From the NCBI GenBank assembly GCA_964106645.2, contig OZ067039.1: 64,000 nucleotides of DNA. One strand, given 5' to 3'. A model generated the notes under the pieces. It searched no databases, was not told where the DNA came from, and saw nothing but the letters and a program-made list of their open reading frames with translations. Source of the stretch: Podarcis pityusensis (taxonomy: Eukaryota). Shown piece after piece: positions 1 through 9,062 of this stretch. How positions within the stretch are numbered: the first letter of the stretch is position 1; every line of letters begins with the position of its first letter. The translations under genes and the position numbers were made by a program.

Positions 1-882
1 GACTCTGGCAAAGTGACCTGGCTGTTGGCAGAGATAGCATTTCCGGGCGCCTTTTCCCTCCTTCTTTCCCCCCTCACTGGGCTTTGAAACTGCGCGCGCG
101 CGCGCTGTTCCGATTTCCATCGGCTCTGCCGGCGGGAAAGTTGGCTCTGGAATGTCTGGAATGCGGAACTCCTTCCAACGTTCCCCCTTCCCTTCCCGCC
201 TCTCCAATGCTCTCGCCTCCTGGCGCGCTCCTATGGTCAGCGCTGATTTGGTCAGCTGGTCCATAGACTCCGCCCTGGGCGCCCGGGAAAGTTCGTCTTT
301 CACAGCCGAAGAAAGCCCTTCTTCAAAGAGCATTTGAATGGGTTCCGCCGATAGATCCCACCCCAATTTATGGATCAACATGGTGAACTCAGTCCAGTAC
401 TCACGGACAGATCGGCTCCCCTGTTTGCAAGCCATTAACTGTCTGCGGACCACTCCCTGTTCAATATCGCTGGAAAACATCAGATCCATGGCGCGAAAGA
501 ACTTCATCGTGTCCTTTAGGACGTCACTATTCGCTGCCATCAGGGGTCTAACCCAGTCTCTCGCCCCCTTTTCAAGATGCCCAATCACGAAAGCCACTCG
601 TGATTCCTCGTCAGGGAATTCATCAAACTGCAGATTGAGGGCATATTGCATCTCTGTCCGAAAGCCATGATAGTCTTTGGGCTCCCCCCCAAACTTCTGC
701 ACCAATCCTGGTACCTTTCTGACGAGCTGGGTGTCTTTCCCCTTTTTGTCTGCATCCTGAGCCCTCCTCTCCTCAAGCCTCGCCGTCTGCAGCGCTAGCT
801 GGACCTCCAACACCCGGTACCTTTCTTCCAGGCTTGGACCCGCTCCAGCTCCTGCTTCTCCGGTTCCGGCTGGGTTGCTCAT
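1..882 (-). CDS. gag: Gag protein (partial, 294 codons, no stop inside window)
   Basis: Manual translation from ATG at 882: MSNPAGTGEAG...KFGGEPKDYHGF...FPDEESRVAFVIGHLEKGARDW...CKQGSRSVREYWTEF...LFEEGLSSAVKDEL...EPMEIG...KCYLCQQPGHFARV. Shows retrotransposon capsid motifs (QGxxSVxEY, FxxGL), PMEIG and a CX2CX4H zinc knuckle cut by the edge. Missing from the ORF track because it has no stop in the window. Confidence 0.93.
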   Translation of the reverse strand, partial: MSNPAGTGEAGAGAGPSLEERYRVLEVQLALQTARLEERRAQDADKKGKDTQLVRKVPGLVQKFGGEPKDYHGFRTEMQYALNLQFDEFPDEESRVAFVIGHLEKGARDWVRPLMAANSDVLKDTMKFFRAMDLMFSSDIEQGVVRRQLMACKQGSRSVREYWTEFTMLIHKLGWDLSAEPIQMLFEEGLSSAVKDELSRAPRAESMDQLTKSALTIGARQEARALERREGKGERWKEFRIPDIPEPTFPPAEPMEIGTARARAVSKPSEGGKKEGKGARKCYLCQQPGHFARV

Positions 883-914
883 GATGCCTTCTCCTGCACA
901 AGCTGCTCACGAAG

Positions 915-925
915 ACTGTCGGAAT
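915..925 (-). promoter_or_regulatory. Putative self-priming primer-binding site (ATTCCGACAGT, element sense)
   Basis: Starts 2 nt after the 5' LTR, lacks the TGG of a tRNA PBS, and is the exact reverse complement of LTR positions 1046-1056. Confidence 0.7.
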
Positions 926-927
926 GC

Positions 928-1335
928 TGTGATGGGACGATGAGCTGCTTGTGTGTAAAATCCTAGTCCCTCAGAGTTTGGTCAAGTTTGCAAACCTCTG
1001 TCTGTAACGGAGCCCCTTAAACATGGCTCCGTCAGTCGCTGGCAGATTCCGACAGTGGTTGCTTTCGGAATCGCTTCCAACATAAAAGCTCCTTAACGGA
1101 AACACGTCTTCTGGACTCTCTGCGTGACAGTTTCCGGCGAGGAGTGGGTGTCCCTACAGGAGGTCCTGAAACCTCCCCACTGTTTTCGCTGGAAGTGTCT
1201 CTGAGCCATCCCTCCAGCTCCCTTTCCCTCAGCTCAGCTCCTCTCCCCCTACTGGTTCCCTCTTCAGCTGCTGAGTCTCTCCCAACCTGTGTGAGCCCTT
1301 TCACTTCCCTTCCTTCCGATGGCAGTTCCCTGACA
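928..1335 (-). repeat. 5' LTR, family A (408 bp)
   Basis: Sense TGTCAGGGAACTGCC...CCCATCACA; same length as the solo LTR at 33986-34393, with about 6 substitutions. Confidence 0.95.
1032..1334 (-). CDS. LTR-encoded reading frame (100 aa, no ATG; Arg-rich C-terminus)
   Basis: Open from LTR nt 2 (VRELPS...) to TGA; C-terminus conserved at amino-acid level in the diverged LTR at 26554-26883. Probably translated only in the 3' LTR context. Confidence 0.6.
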   Translation of the reverse strand, partial: VRELPSEGREVKGLTQVGRDSAAEEGTSRGRGAELRERELEGWLRDTSSENSGEVSGPPVGTPTPRRKLSRRESRRRVSVKELLCWKRFRKQPLSESASD

Positions 1336-1572
1336 GTATGGAAACATGTAGACGTTTAGTAATGGTTTTCACTGCGTGGAATGAAATTCATGTCCTTTCA
1401 GCTGCAACGTTGACCCTGCTTTGCTGCCTTCATATTAATCAACTTCACTTCAACTGGGTTGGGACCTATCCAGAGAACTGTGAGGTTCCCTTTGCAGGAG
1501 TGGCGCATATGGTGGGCTAACACTGACATCACTGCTGCTTACCTGGTTGTGGCCATATCGGTATTCTTGCAG

Positions 1573-1658
1573 AAGCAGCCGATTGGTGGCAGGAGCGGTC
1601 CCATCAGTGTACGCACACAGCCCCAACCTCACCACCATGGCGCCTCAGCCCCATACAG
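1573..1658 (+). CDS. Candidate internal exon of an unidentified host gene (alternative acceptor would start it at 1498)
   Basis: Perfect donor CAG|GTAAGT at 1658/1659; acceptors ttcttgcag (1572) and ttccctttgcag (1497); CpG retained; all three frames open from 1573 (e.g. KQPIGGRSGPISVRTQPQPHHHGASAPY or SSRLVAGAVPSVYAHSPNLTTMAPQPHT); protein not recognised. Confidence 0.4.
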
Positions 1659-1930
1659 GTAAGTAGCTGTGATGCTGATGACAGCCCACCATACTTGCCT
1701 CTACCTCCCCTTGGTTCTCTCTGCTTTATGGTCCAGAAAATGAACGCTGTATGGTTTGTGTGACCTTCCATTAGTTGTTGCAGTGAATGATTGTTCTAGG
1801 GGCTAATAGGGACAGTATTAGGCACAACTTTCTCAATGATAACAGATACTTGTGGGATGAAAGGGGAAGCTGAAGAGTCACCTTCCTTCGAAGGCATTTT
1901 TTGGTTTTTTAAAAAACCTTATAGATTTTA

Positions 1931-2172
1931 CAATGGTACCTCGGGTTAAGAACTTAATTCATTCCAGAGGTCCATTCTTAACCTGAAATGGTTCTTAACC
2001 TGAGGTGTGCTTTTGTCAATGGGGCCTCCTGCTGCCACTGCACCACTGACGCACGATTTCCGTTCTTATCCTGGGGCAAAGTTCTTAACCTGGAGCAACC
2101 AGTTCCTGGTTAGCAGAGTTTGTAACCTGAAGCGTCTGTAACCCGAAGCATCTGTAATCTGAGGTACCACTG
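1931..2172 (+). mobile_element. Tc1/mariner-type MITE (about 240-bp family)
   Basis: TIR CA(G/A)TGGTACCTC...GAGGTACCACTG, TA on both sides; same family at 31197 and 62821. Confidence 0.88.
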
Positions 2173-2554
2173 TATAAGAGCCTGGCAGAAGCTGCAGGTC
2201 AGTTGTACAGCTCACACTCTAACAAGGATAAGGACTTCCACTTGCACAATGGGCTTTCCTTGTCTCCTCCCCCATGCCAGCACAATTTGACTTGGGTGTA
2301 GGGCAGGGAAGCACCCAAAACAGCATGCGTGGGAAGAGAGAGTGAGGCTTGTCCCATCTGACAAACTGAAAGGCTTGCACAGATGGAAGGTTTGTCATAG
2401 CATGGTGTTGCATTCCACCCTTTCTGTCTGGAATCTCCTAGGATCCAAGGTGGCACAGCTGTAAGAGAGCCTTGTCTGAGACCCTGGAACACTGCCGCCA
2501 AAGAGTACTGAGTTAAATGGACTAATGGTCCAACTTGGTGTAAGTCAGTGTCAT

Positions 2555-2818
2555 GTTCTGGAGGGTAGGACTCAAACCAGTGGCTTCAAGTCACAAGAAA
2601 GGAGATTCCAACTAAACATACAGAAAAAACTTTCTGACAGTAAGAGCTGTTCAACAGTGGAACAGTCTCCCTCAGGAGGTTGTGGACTCTCATTCCTTAG
2701 AGGTTTCAAAGCAGAAGGTGGATGGCCATCTGTCATGGATGCTTTAGCTGAGATTCCTGCATTGCAAGGGGTTGGACTAGATGACCCTTGGGTTCCTTCC
2801 AACTCTACAATTCTACGT
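2555..2818 (+). mobile_element. CR1 LINE 3' fragment
   Basis: RT C-terminal-like ERRFQLNIQKK and CR1-type 3' end GGACTAGATGACCC...TTCCAACTCTACAATTCTA. Confidence 0.8.
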
Positions 2819-4983
2819 CTTCGGTAAATAATTTGAATGTGGCCTGGTAGAATTGGTTTAGGAAAAGCAAATCCTGGCCATTGTAAGTTGCTAGAATCAT
2901 TGTTTCCTCACCAGCTTTATGATTCTATCCCAGTTCCTAAATTGCACTGGTTTTTCTTTTTAGCATTTTAAGATGCAGGTATTTTTATTTTGGATGAAAT
3001 TTATATTGATAGCACAAAATAATCTTTATGGGGGGGGGTAAGAACTAACCCTGAATGCAAAGTTTGTGAGATGGACCCTTGGCCAGCCTGCAGCTACCTG
3101 CTGACAGCTTCTCCTCATAGCCAATAGAACCAAACTCTCTCTGGCGCTTAACGCTGTGGATGTCTCATTTTTACCCTTCCCCCTTCTGCATATTTTTCAT
3201 TTTAAAAGAGAAAAATTGAATCTTTCGTACGTTAATACATACATTACTTACAATAATTTACGACATATCTTATCTGTAAAAAAAATAAAGCTTTGTAAAA
3301 TGATATTGAGCCGTGAGGCAGTTCCCCAACTTTCAATGTTCAAATATTAGGGCAATCTGGATCAAAAAGATGAAAAGAGATTCTGTAAATTGCCAAACCA
3401 TTATTTTGTACGCATTGGAGTTCAATAGCTAGCAGAAGAGATACCTCCTACTGTGTCACTGGGAATGTCTAGATTACAAGATAACCAACAGTTGCTTAAT
3501 GAAGAATGGCAAGGAATTTCAACTAGGAATGCTTAGGATGCATTGCAAGTGCCATGGATTTCATGGTTCATGGACATAAAACTAAGCTACATCGAGCTTT
3601 ATGCTGGGCCTTCTGTCTTCTTGCCCATCCACTCAATCCTCACGTGTTTAAGTAAATCCTACCAAGTTCAGTGGGTCTGGTTCCCCTGAAAGTGTGAATA
3701 GAATGGCAGCCTTTAATGTTAGTGGCTCTTACTGCATTCCTCCATCCCTATATCTGTGGGAATTTATTTCCTCATCTACAACTGGAGATTCTCCCAGCCC
3801 CATGTGGGAACATACAACGGCTCCCCAACAGTGTATTAAACAGAGCTTACCGATTACACAAAACATACAAAAAACTACGGATTAACTGTAGGAGGGGCGG
3901 AAAATCAGGGGAACTGAAATTATAAGAAGAAGAAGGGGGAAGGGGAAGAATATAGGAAATCTCAATAGGAAATAATAGCATAGAAAAGGGTTCTGGAGAA
4001 AAGGTGGAGAAGTGAATGAAGCGAGGATTCAGTACAAACCTTGCATAAATGTAAATATTATATAGTGGTAGAGTAGCCCTGAGTAGCCCCACTAAGGACA
4101 GCAGGACTTATGTCAGAGAAAAGGTGCATAGGACTGCACTGTGAGAGTTTGGGCCCTGAGCCCGGAAGCTTCTGGTTCAATTCTTACCTCAGCTGCGTAC
4201 CTTGCTAGAGGTTGTCAGGAAAGCCTGCTTTCCCTCAGCTTGCCATGTTCAGTGTGAGGTTGACAGTGCCCGCTTAACTTGCTGGACTTTGGTAAGGCTT
4301 ACTGAGGTAATGTATGTTTCAGGTAATTCCGTAATTTTGCTCTCACTTTCACTCTGCTAGCAACGTGAACTTCAAAAGGGACACATTTCAACTTTTAGGT
4401 ATCAGGGCAGTGCATGGAATAAGCTGTGCTTCATCCAGACTTTAGCACAATGAATTGCAGTGGGTGAGTGGAGAATGGAGAACAGGCGCAATAGCTGAGG
4501 CACAGCTTTCTGCCTGCTGCAAATGATTTTCCAGAACAGAGTGCAAAGAAACCCACATGTGTCAGAACATACTACACCTGCACACTTACCTTAATTAGGC
4601 ATTTAATTACTGCATTTGTTTGCTTTGCTGCCTTTCCCCACAATCCTGTTGGATCATGTTCAGTTTGGGTAAGCTTTGCTGCGGGGGATGGACAGGACAA
4701 ATCCTGCTTTACTTTGTGACCCATCTCCAAGGCACCCTCCCACTGCCTGTTTTCCGATGAAAGAGAGAGAGTCATCGTTTGCAGCGTCACATCACAAGCC
4801 AGTTTTGCAGCTTTAGTCATGTACCAACACTGCACGCCCTTGGCCTCGAAAGAGACATTTTATGTATTGTATACTTTTATAGTTTAAATGTACTGGCATG
4901 CACCTTTCTTGATACCAGTTGAATTATTCAAGAAATGGGTCACAAGTTAGTAATGATGTTTATCAAAAAAGATATAAGACCTA

Positions 4984-5442
4984 CCGTATTTTTCGCCCCA
5001 TAAGACGCACCTGAACATAAGATGCACCTAGTTTTTAGAGGAGGAAAACAAGAAAAAAAAATATTCTGAAAGAAACAGTGGATGTATGATTTTTGTGGTT
5101 CGTGCTGTGGCCACAGACATGGTATGTGATGTAATTTGGGGTACCCCAATGCAAAAATCCTGAGGATCCATGTGGATCCGTGCTTTGTAACCACATTTTT
5201 GTGCCATTGTGGGGGCAGGATCCGGCCAGATCTGGCCGAATCGCCTTCTAAATCCATGGACAGTCTGGGAATCATGTATTTTTATATGAGCAGAATGTGT
5301 GCTTTTATTTAAAATGTTATCTATGGGTTATTTGTGGAGCATAGGAATTCATTCATTTCCCCCCTCAAAATATAGTCCGGCCCCCCACAAGGTCTTAGGG
5401 ACAGTGGACCAGCCCACTGCTGAAAAAGTTTACTGACCCCTG
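4984..5442. mobile_element. Composite DNA transposon remnants: Tc1/pogo-like left end and hAT-like right end
   Basis: TA|CCGTATTTTTCGCCCCATAAGACGCA start; ...GTCCGGCCCCCC...AAAAAGTTTACTGACCCCTG end. Confidence 0.6.
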
Positions 5443-5607
5443 AAGTCTAGTCCAACCGCCTGAAGTGCAGGAATCATAGCTAAATATAAACAACCAAAAG
5501 AGGCTACATATTTTGGCAGGTATACTTTATTTCTTCATGGAAAAATGACAGTAAAGGGAAAATGTGGGAATAACAGTAAGTATGCACTTATGTACCTGAT
5601 ACATGGT

Positions 5608-5690
5608 TTATTATATTATATTTATATTATATTATATATATTATATTATTATATTATATTATATTATATTATATTATATTATATTATTAA
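5608..5690. repeat. (TATTA)n-like AT microsatellite
   Basis: Direct inspection. Confidence 0.9.
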
Positions 5691-5862
5691 ATATAATCCT
5701 CACAGAACTCTAGCCCAATGGTTGCCATTAATTTGATTTGAAATAATTTTATAATGAAATGATTTTAGAATGTTGTATTTGTTTTACTGTTGTTAGCTGC
5801 TCTGAGCCCGGCTTTGGCTGGGGAGGGCGGGATATAAATAAAATTTTATTATTATTATTATT

Positions 5863-6085
5863 AGGTACCACTGCTGTGGAAAGGTAAACGGCATTTCCAT
5901 GCGCTCTGACACTTGTCACGGTGTTCCGTTGCACCAGAAGCGGTTTAGTCATGCTGGCCACCTGACCTGGAAAGCTGTTTGTGGACAAATGCCGGCTCCC
6001 TTGGCCTGAAAGCAAGATGAGTGCCACACCCCATAGTCACCTTTGACTGGACTTAACTGTCTAGGGGTCCTTTGCCTTTTACCTT
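5863..6085 (+). mobile_element. 5'-truncated Sauria SINE adjoining the (TTA)n tail of a LINE 3' end (about 5789-5862)
   Basis: GGTAAACGGC...CATGCTGGCCAC core and degenerate ACCTTT tail; TTATT repeats on both sides. Confidence 0.75.
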
Positions 6086-6530
6086 ATTATTTACAACCAT
6101 GAGGTTGGGAGAAAAATGGGCAGTTGTTCATAGATGAATAAAAGCAAACAGTTGCAATGCATGATGAGTATCAACCAATACTAGAACATTAACAAAGCAT
6201 CAATGAAATACTTCCCAAAGTGCAAACCAGTTTTTCTTAATATTGTTATGATACTGCAGTGAATGGTGTTGGACGTTCTGAATACTGCAGCATTTGTGAT
6301 CAGAGTCTAAAGCAGGCTGGCTTCCCACAGAATTTTTTCCAGCTCCAGAATGGTTTTTAGCTGTGGCGATTGTAGAATGGTAAGCATTATTGTGTGAAAG
6401 GGCATCTACCTAGGAGCAAGTCAGGTATTGGACTTTGGAATAATTATGGAGTATACAACTTCAAGCCACCGTTGGAGCGATTTATTCAGGGTTTCCAATA
6501 CCATTTGCTGCAGGATAATCACTTTATTCT

Positions 6531-6895
6531 GGGACGCGGGTGGCGCTGTGGGTAAAAGCCTCAGCGCCTAGGGCTTGCCGGTCGAAAGGTCGGCAGTTTG
6601 AATCCCCGCGGTGGGGTGCGCTCCCGTTGCTCGGTCCCAGCGCCTGCCAACCTAGCAGTTCGAAAGCACCCCTGGGTGCAAGTAGATAAATAGGGACCGC
6701 TTACTGGCGGGAAGGTAAACGGCGTTTCCGTGTGCTGCGCTGGCTCGCCAGATGCGGCTTTGTCACGCTGGCCACGTGACCCGGAAGTGTCTCCGGACAG
6801 CGCTGGCCCCCGGACTCTTGAGTGAGATGGGCGCACAACCCTAGAGTCTGTCAAGACTGGCCCGTACGGGCAGGGGTACCTTTACCTTTACCTTT
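6531..6895 (+). mobile_element. Full-length Sauria SINE
   Basis: GGGACGCGGGTGGCGCTGTGG head with A/B boxes, (ACCTTT)n tail, TSD AATCACTTTATT. Confidence 0.92.
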
Positions 6896-8189
6896 AATCA
6901 CTTTATTGCTTTGAAGAATGCATTGATGGCTTACTTGCATTGATCGTTTACTTAGTATTGCACCTTGTTGATAGCACAACATAATACTAACATGCTATAT
7001 ATTATTAGCATTTGACATTCCCCCTTTGTAGCACAAGTCGTTGTGAACCTGTGCAGGCATAGCATTTACTATGTGATGGATCATAGCAGTTTTGCATAAA
7101 AGTATGCCTGCACCAGCACTCTAATCTAAAAATGTATCTCAGCATAACACACACAGCCAGTTGAAAACACACACTATTCAGTGTCCTGTCCTGTGAGCTA
7201 TGTGGAAAACTTCTCACAATGTCCCTTCATTGGTTCCCCACCATTTCCTTCATGCTAGCAAATGTCCTACCGATGCTCCCACTCCTCCACAATTACAGAA
7301 TTCCTATCCCTTTATTTTTAAAATCTGATTTTGAGTAGTTGTTCTTACTCACTGTAATCAGACATCTTTCTTTCCTTGTCATTTTCACCTCCTGACAGAT
7401 CTTGCCGTGCACCACAGTTAGTTTACATACTGAGCACATTCCAACTAAAGATCAGATCTGTTTTGGATTTTTAAAAAACCCCACAAATTAATGGTGTTGA
7501 GAATTAGATAATTGGTTTTTTATATGCTGGGGTTGATGGGAGTTGTAGCTCAAAACATCTGGAGGTCACTGGGTTGGTGAAAGCTGTATTATACAGCTTA
7601 AACAATTCTGAATTATACTGTTATTTCATGTATTTTATAAAAGGGGAACAAGGGTTCTTAAATTGTCTGTTGCTTTGTCTTCCTTCTCGTAATCTTATCA
7701 TTTCAGTAAGTTTTGACGCAAAAACAGTTAAGCTCAGCTAAGACCATTTGAGTTCAGTGGGAGTGCATAAATCCCACTAAATTGGGCTTAAAAGGGCTTT
7801 ACTTTGTCAGAATCATGTGTCTGTTTTTTTTAAAAAATTACTTGCTCAAGCAATAAGCCGAAGAAGAAAAATCGGGGGGAAATAAATTTTTGAAAAAAGG
7901 AAGGAGAGAGAAGTTTATTGGAAATCAAAATATGAAATAAAATGATTCTGTAGAAAAGGTAGAAGGGTGAATGAAACGAGGATTCAGTAGAAACACTGCA
8001 TAAAGATAAATACTATATCATAAAGTCTGGCCATGAACTACAAGCTTGCACTTAAACTCTCCGTCCTTAAAATACAGCTACTTTTCAGTTCTGGAATAGC
8101 CAGGATAGGTTAGTTGGGTTGATTAAGCTGTTCGTTTGCCTTTATAGGACTATGTATTTCCACATAAGCGGAAGCATATAAGAACATAA

Positions 8190-8357
8190 AACTTAGGAAC
8201 ACAGGGAGCTGCCTTATGCAGAGTCAGACTATTGGTCCATCTAGCCCATTACCATCTGCACTGACTGGCAGGTATTAAAGCTGTCTGCACTGACTACCAG
8301 GGATTAAAACTGGGCCCTTCTGCATGTGAAGCTCTCCAGCTGACCTATGGCCCTTAC
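8190..8357 (-). mobile_element. Degenerate tRNA-derived SINE
   Basis: Reverse complement of the family at 42328-42519 (GCTGCCTTAT...GAGTCAGAC...GGTCCATCTAGC). Confidence 0.6.
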
Positions 8358-8637
8358 CCAAACTTGGAAGGGACAACCAAAGACAAAACAAAAAATAAGC
8401 AAGCAGGCTCTAAGCCCCTTGAACTCAATGAGACTTACTTTAGGGTATAAGATTGCACTGTAAGAATTGCAACAGAGGGGGAACCAGCGGACACAAGGAA
8501 TTTTATATGTCTGATGCAGGATAACAATGGAATGCTTTCTTACGTTCTCTGGTATTTCATCAGTACTTTTTTCTTTTCTTTAAAAAAAAATCTTATATGC
8601 ATATTATGTGACATATAGTAGAATTAAAATAAATACT

Positions 8638-9062
8638 CAGTGGCGTAGCGTGGGGGTGCAGGGGGGGCCGGCCGCACCGGGCGCAACATCGGGGGGGGCG
8701 TGCTCGCACTCGCAGCTCTCTGCCCCTACCTGGCTCACTCACTCTCTCTCACTGCAGTGCTGGCTGTGCGAATCCGATCCGAGCCGCTGGGTCGCCGCCC
8801 ACTGTGGAGGGGGTGGGTGCCAGGCGTGCGGTGCGGAGAGAGAGCGAGGGACTATCTGGGGGAAGGACAGTGCAGCGGCCGCCCAGCGCAGCGCTGAGCG
8901 CGGGAGAGAACCACACCAGACCAGCCCAGGCAGCAGCAAGAAGAAGCTGGCAGCGGCGGCAGGTTAGGGGTTAGGGGGCGCAAATTACTTGCCTTGCCCC
9001 GGGTTAGGGGGCGCAAATTACTTGCCTTGCCCCGGGTGCTGACAACCCACGCTACGCCGCTG
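8638..9062. mobile_element. Non-autonomous hAT element, GC/CpG-rich
   Basis: TIR CAGTGGCGTAGCGTGGG / CCCACGCTACGCCGCTG; perfect 8-bp TSD TAAATACT; internal tandem duplication of about 33 bp. Confidence 0.9.

Larger units (their letters stand above)
1..1335 (-). mobile_element. Ty3/Gypsy LTR retrotransposon of the Tf1/sushi (PEG10/RTL1-related) group, 5' part; continues beyond the window start
   Basis: 408-bp TG...CA LTR (928-1335), a 45-nt leader, then an uninterrupted gag ORF running off the left edge. Confidence 0.93.

Noticed and set aside
84-670. Plus-strand ORFs 84-266, 152-337 and 338-670
   Set aside because: Antisense shadows of gag.
3150-4070. Possible L1/Tx1-like remnants; about 3985-4060 resembles 7945-8020
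   Set aside because: Clearly repetitive but too degraded to classify or bound reliably.
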